A stretch of DNA of 34,757 nucleotides. Source: a virus (taxonomy: Duplodnaviria > Caudoviricetes). The position numbers and the translations under genes were made by a program. Of this stretch, positions 24,221 to 34,258 are shown piece after piece. The notes below the pieces were generated by a model that did no database searches, was not told the DNA's origin, and saw nothing but the letters and a program-made list of their open reading frames with translations. The number at the start of each line of letters is the position of its first letter. The stretch's first letter is position 1. The DNA is taken from the IMG/VR virus record IMGVR_UViG_3300029183_000020, positions 1-34,757 of that record, one strand, 5' to 3'.

Positions 24221-24640
24221 TTATTCCTCGTACCAGATCAAATAATCGTGCTGTGAGCGATAGACACGCGACGTGTCCTCATCTACCGGCTCCTCATCGA
24301 AATCCGCCCCGCCGTCATGCAGAATCCCCTGAAACACCGTACTATCAGACGTTCCACGAAACCGACTCAAAGCGGTCTTCACCGCCGCCGCCAGCGTCTT
24401 GGCTTCGGCAAACGTCTTGGCCCACGCTGATACCTGCCAACGTTCCTCGACCAAACCAGAGTCCGTCCCGAAGGCATGGACCACTTCTGGCGTGCTGACC
24501 TTCTGAAACACCACCGCTTCCAGGGTGGGCTTCTGCGGCAAGTGCATGGCGTAAATCCGAGCACTCGAGCCCGACCCGACAATGTCCGTCACGGCCGAGG
24601 TGGCCTTGAGCCTCGCTAAAATCCCTCCCGCCACACTCAT
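24221..24640 (-). CDS. tail terminator (DUF3168-like)
   Basis: RIY...LPQ, QVSAWA.T..EA..LA.AV..AL; synteny. Confidence 0.85.
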   Translation of the reverse strand: MSVAGGILARLKATSAVTDIVGSGSSARIYAMHLPQKPTLEAVVFQKVSTPEVVHAFGTDSGLVEERWQVSAWAKTFAEAKTLAAAVKTALSRFRGTSDSTVFQGILHDGGADFDEEPVDEDTSRVYRSQHDYLIWYEE

Positions 24641-25029
24641 GCACGCCTCGCCGCCTCAACGCCCAACCTGATCACCTTGCCAACCGCATCGACCGCCCGA
24701 TCTCGATCCTCATCCAGCGCGGGCCGCAAATGTGGCTGAGCTGCGTGGAACTTGGTGCCCGTTTCCTGGAACTTCAGATGAAACGCCTTGGTTTTGTCGT
24801 ACCCGATATCGAACCGCACCCGTGACTTGGAGCGTTTTGATACCTCAATCTCGATATGATCCGCCCCGTGCTCGTCACTGACCGGATCTCGTGGGGCGCG
24901 CTCCCTAGCACCATCGCGAATCACGCCCGCTCCTGCTGCTGCCGCCGCAACCAGAATGACGCCCTGGGCGTTCTTATCCAGCGCCCGAAACCGACGCCGT
25001 AACACTTTATCGCCAACGACTTTCGCCAT
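24637..25029 (-). CDS. HK97 gp10-like tail completion protein
   Basis: F.E.GT....AQP.LRPALD motif. Confidence 0.88.
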   Translation of the reverse strand: MAKVVGDKVLRRRFRALDKNAQGVILVAAAAAGAGVIRDGARERAPRDPVSDEHGADHIEIEVSKRSKSRVRFDIGYDKTKAFHLKFQETGTKFHAAQPHLRPALDEDRDRAVDAVGKVIRLGVEAARRA

Positions 25030-25367
25030 TAGGCCGCCACCCGGACGGTCGTAAGATGCAACCAGGCGTTCCGATCCTGCACGTTTGTGATATTCACAAT
25101 GTCATACGTGTTGTTGGTTCGCACCTCGAGGACGCGCATTTGCTCCGTAATCCCCGTCTTGTACCGCACCGTCCACACCACCGTTTTGAGGGCCTGTTCA
25201 CGATCCCCCGTAAACTTCTCCTGCCCAGCCGCCTGGTCTTTTTCCGCCCAGATGTTCGTGAGGTTCGCCACGGCGGTCCATGTCTCCGTTGGGCCACCCA
25301 TCGAATCCGTGCCCTGGGTGGTCTCCTGAAGCGTGATCTTCCGTCGAGCCTTTCCGGTCCGTGGCAC
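25029..25367 (-). CDS. head closure protein
   Basis: D.MGG..ETW, WAE, VRY..GI...MRV. Confidence 0.88.
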   Translation of the reverse strand: MPRTGKARRKITLQETTQGTDSMGGPTETWTAVANLTNIWAEKDQAAGQEKFTGDREQALKTVVWTVRYKTGITEQMRVLEVRTNNTYDIVNITNVQDRNAWLHLTTVRVAA

Positions 25368-25988
25368 CTAGAACCTCCGCTGCCGAAAGTCCGACATCAT
25401 GGCCCACATCATGTTCTCTTGGCCCGCCAACACCACGTCCGTTGTCTGCTGTCCGAGGGTCACGGGTTCTCGATGCTCGTAGACGACCCCAATGGCCGCC
25501 AGCATTGCGAGCTTCAATTCTGCGGGCACATCGTCAGGCGACCCACCATAACCCGCCACGAACGTAATCGTGACGGCATTGGCCTGAATCCGCGTCGTGG
25601 GCCAGCTCTTCCCATAGTCCAACTCCACGAACCCGGGGGCCACGTCCGTTGACGTGATGACGTTGTAGTCATCCGTACTGAACGTTTGCGAGTCCCCATT
25701 GCCATCGATGTAGGTAATAGACGTGATCGACGAGAGTGGGGGCTTCGGTATCTCAATCCGGTCCGTGTCCCACGGAAATCGATCCAGTTTATAGAGCCAC
25801 GTCTGGGTCAGCAGCGCCCGACCACACATGCGTTCGATGTACGCGGACACCGCGGGAATGGCCGTCCCGACCAAAAAGGCGTCATCGATCGAGGTGCCAT
25901 CCGAATCATTGTCGATCCGCAGATGATCCTTCACATCCTGCAAATCAAGTGGGAGACCCGTGGCGGCCGTGCTCAGTTCCAGCCTCAT
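25368..25988 (-). CDS. head-tail connector (gp6-like)
   Basis: VKDHLRID, RALLTQTW, F.AGYG, VPAELK.A...YEHRE. Confidence 0.9.
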   Translation of the reverse strand: MRLELSTAATGLPLDLQDVKDHLRIDNDSDGTSIDDAFLVGTAIPAVSAYIERMCGRALLTQTWLYKLDRFPWDTDRIEIPKPPLSSITSITYIDGNGDSQTFSTDDYNVITSTDVAPGFVELDYGKSWPTTRIQANAVTITFVAGYGGSPDDVPAELKLAMLAAIGVVYEHREPVTLGQQTTDVVLAGQENMMWAMMSDFRQRRF

Positions 25989-26209
25989 GTGCGTTTCGTA
26001 GCCTTTTTCTTGGTCGTTTTCTTCGTGGTTCGATGTTCAGCCGGCTTCGGTGCCGCCTTCGTCTCCGTGGCACCGGGCGGCCGAATCATCTCCGCAAACC
26101 CGGCGTTGATGCATCGCACCGCTTCCGCGTCGTTCATATCGATCTCATCCCCGACCCGACGATTGGTCCTGGGACCGACCATGCTCTGTAGCATCCGTAC
26201 TCGCATCAC
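25985..26209 (-). CDS. small post-capsid protein
   Basis: 74 aa, GD.I....AEA.R.I.AG.AE pattern, basic tail. Confidence 0.7.
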   Translation of the reverse strand: MMRVRMLQSMVGPRTNRRVGDEIDMNDAEAVRCINAGFAEMIRPPGATETKAAPKPAEHRTTKKTTKKKATKRT

Positions 26210-26220
26210 ATCACTCCAGT

Positions 26221-26251
26221 GGTGAGGTGAGGGCCGAAGCCCCCACCTACC
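26221..26251 (-). terminator. UUCG hairpin after capsid gene (stabiliser or weak terminator)
   Basis: GGTGGGGGC-TTCG-GCCCTCACC, no U-tract. Confidence 0.6.
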
Positions 26252-26261
26252 GGTTCAATGG

Positions 26262-27650
26262 TTACGAAGCAGGGTGACGAATCGCGAGAATGGGGTTGGT
26301 ACCCGCATCCACGATATCCCCATCGTGTCGAGAGAACGCCACAAAGCCCGTCTGGGCCGCCGTGGCGTACCGCTCGTCCATCCGAACCACCATGATATCC
26401 ATGACGTCCCGAATGAAGTACTTCGAAAAGTCACCATACAGGAACGACCGTTTGTCCGCACCGATCGACCGCATGTCTTGGTTCAAGACGTACGGTTTCC
26501 CAAGCAGGGTGTCCGGCTCACGGAACGCGAGCCCTGGCCGCCAAATGTAATTGGACTGACCGTCCAGCAACTTCCGAACAGCGCCTCGAGTGCTCTGGTT
26601 GAACATCCAGCGAGCGTTGAGATCGTAATCAGGATCCAACGTCTCCTGCAGATCGATCAGCTCGTTGGCCGTCACCGTCGTTGCACTGGCAACGGTCGTG
26701 ACCGCACCGTTCGCGACGTTCTTGACGCCATTCGGCTGACCGGATCCTGTCCCCGCCGTGAAGTGCGTATTGAGAATCCGCCCAATCCGCGTCCCGAGGT
26801 TCCGCGCCGTGAAGGACGCAAAGTCGAAACTCGAATCCTGCATGAGTTCCCACGGCACCAAGACGAGCCCAGACGTGTACTTGAACGCGCCAAGCACGAC
26901 CTGACCGAACGTGAAGTCCACACCGCTCGCATCCGTGTTGATGGCGAGCAACGACCCTGCGTTGCCAGTATCGTTCACGGTTGGAATGGGGAGATCTCCG
27001 CCAGTTGCCGTCCGCAATGTGGTCGCGCCCACCTGGCGCATCCCACCAAACGACAAGAGCGCTTCATCAATGCCCGTCATCGGAGCATCGGCGATGACGT
27101 GTCCACCACCAGTCGTGGTAACGGTCTGCGCACGCGCCTCGATCTCTTCCCGAACGTTCTTGCGATATTGTTCACGGTCAAAGACCCAGTTACTCCCGGA
27201 CCAGACCGATTCCGGAATCGTGCTCGTGGGAGACAACCGCAACGTGATTGCCTGGCCGGCCACACCGTTCTCACGGAATGATCCCACGCCCAGTGCTTCA
27301 CGTTCTTCCTTCTCCAAGTTCTCCTGGCCACCCAACGACCAGCGCCGCAACACATCCCGCTGTTGCTCTTTGACGCGCGCTTCAGTGACGCGGTCTTCGG
27401 TCGTCTGGGTTGTCGCCTTGCGCTCTAGCAGATCGTTTTGATCCTTCTCACGATCATGCTGACGCTCTTCGGCGTCGATTTGGTCCTTCAACCGATCGCC
27501 TTCCTCATGCAACTTGTCGAACTGCGATTTTTCCTCCGCAGTGATCTCGCGCTTTTCCTCGCGCGCCTTTTTCAGAATGTCGCCCGCGTCCACGGTCAGC
27601 TTCTTCCGCTTCTCGCGTAGCTCCATAATGTTTTCGTAAGTCAGTGCCAT
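26262..27650 (-). CDS. HK97-fold major capsid protein with delta domain
   Basis: N-terminal coiled coil, ELMQDS.FD, GTGSGQPNG, LLGKP, GDFSKY. Confidence 0.95.
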   Translation of the reverse strand: MALTYENIMELREKRKKLTVDAGDILKKAREEKREITAEEKSQFDKLHEEGDRLKDQIDAEERQHDREKDQNDLLERKATTQTTEDRVTEARVKEQQRDVLRRWSLGGQENLEKEEREALGVGSFRENGVAGQAITLRLSPTSTIPESVWSGSNWVFDREQYRKNVREEIEARAQTVTTTGGGHVIADAPMTGIDEALLSFGGMRQVGATTLRTATGGDLPIPTVNDTGNAGSLLAINTDASGVDFTFGQVVLGAFKYTSGLVLVPWELMQDSSFDFASFTARNLGTRIGRILNTHFTAGTGSGQPNGVKNVANGAVTTVASATTVTANELIDLQETLDPDYDLNARWMFNQSTRGAVRKLLDGQSNYIWRPGLAFREPDTLLGKPYVLNQDMRSIGADKRSFLYGDFSKYFIRDVMDIMVVRMDERYATAAQTGFVAFSRHDGDIVDAGTNPILAIRHPAS

Positions 27651-27659
27651 TGCTCAACT

Positions 27660-27860
27660 TCCGGTTGTTCGGCGTCGAGGTGTTGGCAAGAAAAAACCGA
27701 CACTCCGAGCACCGAAGGTGAATACCTTCCTTGCTTCGTTGAGTGCCGGCGTATCGCATGAGCGGAACGGCGGAGACTCGCTTACGTCATCAGCGGCCTA
27801 GCCCGATCCCGTTACGGGACTCTGGTGACGACGAATTGTCACCCCAAATATGGGGTGGTT
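27660..27860 (-). promoter_or_regulatory. structured intergenic leader of capsid gene
   Basis: Hairpins CACCCC/GGGGTG, TCCCG/CGGGA, CCGGCACTC/GAGTGTCGG, GAAGGT/ACCTTC. Confidence 0.5.
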
Positions 27861-27863
27861 TGC

Positions 27864-28445
27864 TTATACGGTCAACTCAGCCATCCGTTGCCGGTATTCC
27901 TGTTCCGATAAGTCGGGCGGCTCAGCCTCTTTGCGAGCCTCATCCAGAGACCGAGTTGAGACCGTGGTGGCTTCGTATGCGGGGAACGTCACCGGGCCGA
28001 CGTCGATCAAATCACCCACCTTGGTGATCGTCCGTTCCGGGAGATCCGAATCGATCTTGTCCCATTCATCCGCCTCGACGCGGAACGAGAACGAGTTGCC
28101 CTGGATATCACCACGGTCGATGTGCTCTTTCACGTCGTTCGCCACCGTGGTGTTGCCGAGCTTCACCCGAAACTCCAGTGCCGATTTCGTCTCCGTCAGC
28201 TCGAGCGTTCCAGCAGACTGCCGGCCCAACAGCATATTCGAATCGTGATTGAACAGGGCCCGAGTATCCGACCGCTTCAGCACATCCTTAAACGCCTCTG
28301 GCGCGATCCGCTCTTTGAATCCGCCTAGATCACCCGACCATTGGTTGAACACCGCAGCCTCGCCGACGATCTCTGGTCCGTTGTCGTCATCACCTGCGCG
28401 ATATTCCACCGTCGTGACGGCCACCCGTCGTTCTAAATCCTGCAT
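27864..28445 (-). CDS. HK97-family prohead protease
   Basis: G.AAVFN, LFNHD, SFSF, DVGPVTFPAY. Confidence 0.95.
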   Translation of the reverse strand: MQDLERRVAVTTVEYRAGDDDNGPEIVGEAAVFNQWSGDLGGFKERIAPEAFKDVLKRSDTRALFNHDSNMLLGRQSAGTLELTETKSALEFRVKLGNTTVANDVKEHIDRGDIQGNSFSFRVEADEWDKIDSDLPERTITKVGDLIDVGPVTFPAYEATTVSTRSLDEARKEAEPPDLSEQEYRQRMAELTV

Positions 28446-28500
28446 AACAACCTCACCAGTTCAATCCAAAAACGTGCATCCAAGAAAAAGTATGAGCCTA

Positions 28501-30465
28501 TCATCCTGGCACAATAGCGCAATCACACCCCCGATGCAGGGGTGGATGGCCTACCCGACTATTCACGGTCAATGCCGCTGACCCGTCGCTCGGATTCACC
28601 ACATCGCCCTGATTGGCGAAACTCTGTGTGATCCCGACGGTCCGGCCGCTCATTTGCTCGCAAAGCGGACACCCGCCACCAGACAGAACCCACCGAATGG
28701 TAACAACACCCGCCGCGGCATATCCAAAGACTGTCAAAGCCTCCCCTGCACGCACGGCTTCGTTGCGTGCGGCCTGTTCGGCTCGCTGGTCATGCCAATG
28801 GTCGAACTTTGCCGTGACGGCGTCCTGGAGCGATTCTGGGTCGTCTGCGTGCCTTCGTATCAGGTCCCGCAACTGCTTCCGAGAACTCGCCGACCAGCGA
28901 ATCCCAAGCCGATTCGCGAAATCCCGAATGAAGGCATCACCGTCCGCAGGCTCCTCCTGTCCCATCTCGGCCGCAACCGCTTGGAGAGTGCTCTGACCAT
29001 ACGACATCAGAACGGGCAACAGGCGCTCCGTAACCGTCTTCCCGTAATCCTGGTAGAATTCCTCCACCCATTGTTGGAATTCCTCAACCGTTCGTCCACC
29101 AAAGGCTCGTTTCAATGCCCGCCGTCCAGCCGTCAGCTCCCGATTCAACACGTTGTGGAACGCCGAGATAAACACCGGCATATGGGCCTGTCGCTGACGT
29201 TGGCGACTCGCAACCCTGCGTTCCGTCCGAATCGAGGCCCCCTCCGTGGGCGGATCGTCAACCAGCGTATCGGCTTGATCCGCCGGGACCATGTTCAAGG
29301 GCACGAAGTAGGTATCACCGTCATCAACCGGGTTCATGTTGATCTTGGACCGGATCTCGTTCCGATTCATCGCCCCGATATTGAACATCTTGGTGAAGAA
29401 CTCACCCTGCGTGGCACTATCGCCGCGGAGAAAGCCTTCCGTCACAAACTCGATGAAATAGGTCTCCCGGTCTCGCTCGGTGAGCAATGCGAGCGTCACA
29501 GCCTCTTCAATGCGCGTAATCCACGGTTTCAACGACTCCGTCAAAAACTCCCGATTCTGACTTTCGATATTTGTAAAAGTCGCACGCTCCATGTCCTTGA
29601 GTTTGTGCGGCGGCACGTTGAGCCATCTGGCAACCTCGGTCACCTGGAACTTTCGTGTTTCAAGAAACTGGGCATCGTCCGGTGGGATGCTAAATGGGTT
29701 GAACTTCATACCTTCTTCGAGAATGATGGCCCGGTGCGAGTTGCTGAGCCCAGAGGTCATCCGTTCGAAGTCTGTTCGAAGCCGTTCGTGCGCCTCGGGC
29801 CCCATCCTCGTCGGATGCTCGAGCGCACCTGACGCATTCGCACCATTGCCAAAAAACCGCGCCCCGAATTCTTCCGCTGCCGATGTTAAACCCAAACTCT
29901 CCCGAGCCAACCGCACGACCGATTTCCCCATGATCCCGTCGAAACCAGGACCGGGGATATGGAGCACGTCCCGTGCTGGAATCGGCACGGGCGTCGGGCC
30001 AACCTGGGTCACGACCACCTTTTCGTCGTTCCTTGTAATCTCCGCGTGAGTCCGGTCCGGCAACAACGGCCACAGGGCAGCCACATCCCCGTTCCGACGC
30101 CGCTGGATCTCACAGTACGCATTCCCCCAGCCTACCACGTGCCGCATCAAGTTTTCTTTGCCCATGAACGACGGAGTCCATGGATTCCACTGACCGCGGA
30201 GCACGTTGTAGAGGGGGTGTTCGAAGGCGCGTTCTTTGCCTCCGTTATCAAGTTTTCGGTAGACGATCAGCGGCAGGGAAGCAACGGACTCGGCCAGGAC
30301 ACGAACACCGCACCAGAACGCCGAGAGCGTTTCCGCATTCGCTTCGTTGACCCGAGGACCTGCCTTCGTTTTCCGGCCGGCCGCGAGGTCGAAGATTGCC
30401 GCGAGCGGGGTCCGCGGGTCCTCGATGCTTTGGCGCCGCTCAAGAGCGCGTGTTATCAGCCCCAT
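28501..30465 (-). CDS. HK97-family portal fused to MuF/SPP1 gp7-like domain
   Basis: GNAY, FFGNGA, DAQFLETRKF, VPPHK; C-terminal CPLC...HPPLHRGCDC. Confidence 0.92.
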   Translation of the reverse strand: MGLITRALERRQSIEDPRTPLAAIFDLAAGRKTKAGPRVNEANAETLSAFWCGVRVLAESVASLPLIVYRKLDNGGKERAFEHPLYNVLRGQWNPWTPSFMGKENLMRHVVGWGNAYCEIQRRRNGDVAALWPLLPDRTHAEITRNDEKVVVTQVGPTPVPIPARDVLHIPGPGFDGIMGKSVVRLARESLGLTSAAEEFGARFFGNGANASGALEHPTRMGPEAHERLRTDFERMTSGLSNSHRAIILEEGMKFNPFSIPPDDAQFLETRKFQVTEVARWLNVPPHKLKDMERATFTNIESQNREFLTESLKPWITRIEEAVTLALLTERDRETYFIEFVTEGFLRGDSATQGEFFTKMFNIGAMNRNEIRSKINMNPVDDGDTYFVPLNMVPADQADTLVDDPPTEGASIRTERRVASRQRQRQAHMPVFISAFHNVLNRELTAGRRALKRAFGGRTVEEFQQWVEEFYQDYGKTVTERLLPVLMSYGQSTLQAVAAEMGQEEPADGDAFIRDFANRLGIRWSASSRKQLRDLIRRHADDPESLQDAVTAKFDHWHDQRAEQAARNEAVRAGEALTVFGYAAAGVVTIRWVLSGGGCPLCEQMSGRTVGITQSFANQGDVVNPSDGSAALTVNSRVGHPPLHRGCDCAIVPG

Positions 30466-30604
30466 CCTCAGCCTTTCCGAGTGCCAAGCCCACACCGATC
30501 AACCCAGCACCGCCTAGCATCAACCCAAGCTCGATTGCAAACGCGAATGCGCCCCACAGCACCATGCCGAGCCCGATCAGGACCATAGGATCAGACCACT
30601 TCAC
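30440..30604 (-). CDS. small two-TM protein upstream of portal
   Basis: Manual translation MKWSDPMVLIGLGMVLWGAFAFAIELGLMLGGAGLIGVGLALG...; usual position in HK97-like phages. Confidence 0.7.
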   Translation of the reverse strand: MKWSDPMVLIGLGMVLWGAFAFAIELGLMLGGAGLIGVGLALGKAEDGADNTRS

Positions 30605-32277
30605 GCCGTCACCATCGTCCGCATCGGCAGTTGTAAATCTGCGTTGAGCTGCAAAGCCTCACGCCAGCCGAAATGAGCATCCAACAATTCGAGGTACTTG
30701 GCCGTAACAGCGCCATAATCGTGATGCTCTGCCACGTATCGGTGCACCTTAGACGCCGCCTTTTCGTAATATTCTTCGCTGACCGCAAGCATTGTGAGTA
30801 CTATTTCCAGCTCGTCTTCGTCGTTGGCGTATAGATACGGCCACGTGCCAATCATTTTTTCGAATTCACGCCTGCACGCCGGATCACCAGCAATCACCGG
30901 CAGCCCCATTGCCGCACCTTCCAATCCAGAGCACTGCATTCCGAGGTCGAATGAGTCAAACACGGCGTGACACGTCGCCTTCATCTCCAGCGACTCCCGC
31001 AAAGTCTTTCCGTGAATCAGCACCGGTTCGACGTTGATCCCTTGCTTGCGGAGTTCTTCACAAACGTCCGTAAAGACTTGTGTCCCTTTAATTTCGGGCT
31101 TTGTGGGTGAATGCGCAACACGCAACACCTTCCCGTCCCACTTCGGACGGTCTTGTGCCAAGGCACGATATTGCGCCACCGGCACGGGGTTCGGGAGAAA
31201 GTGTAGGTTCTCACCATATTGGAGAAGTTCCACATTCGAGACGAGTCGAAGGGCATTCCGGTCCGTGTCTTCCTGGTTCCATCGCTCCGGGTCACGCCGG
31301 TACTCCGTGCCGTGATGGTGCTGCACCGTTGGTTTGTTCGAAACCGGCGCATTTAGCACTCGATCTCCCATCCAGAGGACGTGGTGATGGACGATGTCGG
31401 CTTCATGTACCAGCGAGGGCACCTGTTCGGCGTCGATCGCGTATTGTTTGGGCGGTTTGCATGGGTGTGGTTCGTGCCCAACCGCCATGTCTGAGTGATG
31501 TGGGGTCGTGGTATTGATAGCCGTGTGAAGTCGATGGACGGCGTTGCCGGCGTCAAATGGTCCAACATGCAGAATCCTCAACGGTTCATGGGCGGTGACT
31601 TTCGGCCCGATCTGGAGTTCGTGGTCGGTCTGTGCCGATCTGGCCGCCGAAACCGCCCGCCGACGCTCCGGTGTGCGATATTGGCCCCTCGAATTGTGCA
31701 TCTCGATCGGCAGCAACCGGTGGTCGTACCCTGGTGCACCCTGCTGATGGGTGCATACCAGACGGTCTCGCTCGTAAATCCAATGATGCCGGCCATCGTA
31801 GCGAAGTCCGGGACGCCACTTAAACAGCCGTGGTTGGGCCTGAGAGCGCCTATAGAGTGGAGAGGTCATATGGACCCATCCAACGTCTAAATCGGGCACC
31901 TCACGCAAAGCGGCGGCGTTCTGGACCGTTTCGTCGGCGTCTACGATAAAGAGCAAATCGCCAGGATCGGCTTGATTGAAAAATTGGCTTCGCTTCTGTC
32001 GCTGATTCATTCCACGACCATCAATCACGAGAGATCTTCGAAACCCGAAAACCTCGGTCAGATACTCCAACGTGCCGTCCGTACTTTGTCTCCCGGTATC
32101 GTATTCGCCGTCTACAACGATTACGTAATCAACGCGTTCCTCCCACGTCGGCACTGTCCGCTGCAACTCGTCCACGTCATTCCAGACGTTCAGACACGCC
32201 ACGACGCGGTTCCACCGACTCGGCCGATCCGGTAGAGCATTCAAGTCCAGACCGTTATTCATTTCCAATTTGCCCAA
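30601..32277 (-). CDS. two-domain glycosyltransferase (GT-A/GT2-like plus GT-B/GT4-like)
   Basis: VVDG...STDGT and VDADE in the N-half; HSPT...KG and LEGAAMGLPVI in the C-half. Confidence 0.85.
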   Translation of the reverse strand: MGKLEMNNGLDLNALPDRPSRWNRVVACLNVWNDVDELQRTVPTWEERVDYVIVVDGEYDTGRQSTDGTLEYLTEVFGFRRSLVIDGRGMNQRQKRSQFFNQADPGDLLFIVDADETVQNAAALREVPDLDVGWVHMTSPLYRRSQAQPRLFKWRPGLRYDGRHHWIYERDRLVCTHQQGAPGYDHRLLPIEMHNSRGQYRTPERRRAVSAARSAQTDHELQIGPKVTAHEPLRILHVGPFDAGNAVHRLHTAINTTTPHHSDMAVGHEPHPCKPPKQYAIDAEQVPSLVHEADIVHHHVLWMGDRVLNAPVSNKPTVQHHHGTEYRRDPERWNQEDTDRNALRLVSNVELLQYGENLHFLPNPVPVAQYRALAQDRPKWDGKVLRVAHSPTKPEIKGTQVFTDVCEELRKQGINVEPVLIHGKTLRESLEMKATCHAVFDSFDLGMQCSGLEGAAMGLPVIAGDPACRREFEKMIGTWPYLYANDEDELEIVLTMLAVSEEYYEKAASKVHRYVAEHHDYGAVTAKYLELLDAHFGWREALQLNADLQLPMRTMVTA

Positions 32278-32495
32278 TCATCATGAACGACCCGCGAGGC
32301 ACCGCAATCTCCGCAAATATCCGCGATGAACTGACCCCCTCCTTTGCCGTACGGCTCTTGCTCCACGTGGTGGATGTTCATTGACGCGCATCGTCCACAT
32401 ACGAGACCGTTAGTGGTCCCGACTGTGGCCCGGATACGTGAGTCCAGCCAATCCACGAAATCCCGCACGCCTGGTACTCTGGAAACAACCTTCAT
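32259..32495 (-). CDS. small Zn-ribbon protein
   Basis: CGRC...CGDC; ATGA-coupled to TerL. Confidence 0.65.
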   Translation of the reverse strand: MKVVSRVPGVRDFVDWLDSRIRATVGTTNGLVCGRCASMNIHHVEQEPYGKGGGQFIADICGDCGASRVVHDDWANWK

Positions 32496-34258
32496 ACGCT
32501 CAATAGTCCCCTCGTATCGTAAACCGAACCCGTCACCCCGCGGCCAATCGCACGGCCAAGCGCGTTACAGAGCGCCGAGATCCCGTCGATCTTGTCGCGC
32601 GATCGGTCTTTATCCGGTTTCATGTTCCCAGATGGATCTGTGGCCGTCGCCAGATTCGACGCATTCCAGCGCAATACCGGATGCCCGCCGTGCTGTAGTT
32701 CGCCTTTTTTCACCAATCGCAACAATTCCGCCGTCGGTGCAGCCATCGACACAAAGCCCTGGCCAAATTGCACCATTTCCAGCCCTTCCTGCTGCAAACC
32801 CTGAACAATTTCGCCACCGAACGTCCGGTCAAACGCCAGCTCTTCAATTTTGTATTGTGACGCCTGCTTCAAAATATCCGCTTGAATCACCGTGTAATCA
32901 GTGACATTCCCTGATGTTTCGGTCAAAAACCCCTGGTCACGCCATTTGGCGTAGGGAATCGGGTCGGCACGCTTCGACCGTTCCGTCACATTGTCTTCGG
33001 GGCACCAGAACCAGGACAGCACCTTCCACGACTCATCAGCCAGTATCGGCGGAAAGACCAGCACAAACGCCGACAAATCGTCCACCTTGGCCAAGTCCAT
33101 GCCGCCGTAACAGGTCCGGCCCCGCAATTCCTCGAGATCTATTGTGTCGGAGCCCTGATCCCACCGGTTCATGGGGATCGCGTGCTTCGAACTCCGCACC
33201 CACAGCCCAAAATTGAGCCGCTTGACGATATTTTCCTTCGTCGGCATCCCACTGGCCTCGCGCACCTGCTCACGGAGGTACTTCGGATCAATCGACACCC
33301 CAAGATTCGGGTTGGCTTTCTCCCACACCGCCTCGTCGCGCCAATCATCGCACTCCGCACAATCTTCTGCCGGCTGTCGGTGTCCCTCTTCGAGACATTT
33401 GTTGCAAGGATCCAACGTGGCGACATAGGCGAACCAGGAGTCGTTCCGCAAGGCTTCGTCCGGGTGTTCGGACGTCTCATTCTCCAAAATCATCTCCGAA
33501 TACTGCCGCTGGGCGTAACAGACGCTCGATTGGTCGGTCCCGGAGTTCGTGATTTCGAAGATCAGGGCCTGATTCCGACCCTTGGTCCCCGCCCGGGTCA
33601 TCTCAACCACCGTCGCATCAGGGTGCTCGTGGATCTCATCGATCAGTCCGCAGTGCACCCGCGGCCCAGATTGCGACTTCCGATCACTCGACAGGGGCCG
33701 GAAAAAGCTGCCGGTCGACAGATCTGCAAGGTTCCAGACCGGATTTCCGCCACTTTTGGTGAGTTTCGCGTCCAAGGCCGGTGACAATTCAACCATCGCG
33801 ACCGCGTCACGGAACAAAATCATGGCCTGATCCACCTTGGTTGCGGCAGCGTATACCTCCGCTCGAGGTTCTTTGTCCGCCCAGGCCATCAAATGCCCAA
33901 CACCCGCCGCCAACGGGGATTTGCCATTCCCTTTCGCAATTTCGCAGTACGAGACCCGAAAACGACGATATCCGTCGTCACCTTTCCATCCAAACAGCGA
34001 TCCAACAATGAAATCTTGCCAATCCCGAAGCTCAAACGGCAATCCTTCCCATTTCCCACCATTCAACCGAAGCACCACCGAAAAAAAACGCCGCGCGTAA
34101 TCAGCGGCGTCTAAATCCCACCGAAGTCCACGTTTGGGCCCAAATTCCAGATCTCGAAGGTGTCGCTCGCCCGCCTGACGGACCAATCGCCCCGCCAGAA
34201 TCTTCCCCGAGGCCACATCCTCCGCATACCGCGTGACTGGGTCAGCCTGTCTTGCCAA
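32492..34258 (-). CDS. terL: terminase large subunit
   Basis: AKGNGKS Walker A, IDEIHEH Walker B, GMDLA, KIDG nuclease motifs. Confidence 0.97.
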   Translation of the reverse strand: MARQADPVTRYAEDVASGKILAGRLVRQAGERHLRDLEFGPKRGLRWDLDAADYARRFFSVVLRLNGGKWEGLPFELRDWQDFIVGSLFGWKGDDGYRRFRVSYCEIAKGNGKSPLAAGVGHLMAWADKEPRAEVYAAATKVDQAMILFRDAVAMVELSPALDAKLTKSGGNPVWNLADLSTGSFFRPLSSDRKSQSGPRVHCGLIDEIHEHPDATVVEMTRAGTKGRNQALIFEITNSGTDQSSVCYAQRQYSEMILENETSEHPDEALRNDSWFAYVATLDPCNKCLEEGHRQPAEDCAECDDWRDEAVWEKANPNLGVSIDPKYLREQVREASGMPTKENIVKRLNFGLWVRSSKHAIPMNRWDQGSDTIDLEELRGRTCYGGMDLAKVDDLSAFVLVFPPILADESWKVLSWFWCPEDNVTERSKRADPIPYAKWRDQGFLTETSGNVTDYTVIQADILKQASQYKIEELAFDRTFGGEIVQGLQQEGLEMVQFGQGFVSMAAPTAELLRLVKKGELQHGGHPVLRWNASNLATATDPSGNMKPDKDRSRDKIDGISALCNALGRAIGRGVTGSVYDTRGLLSV

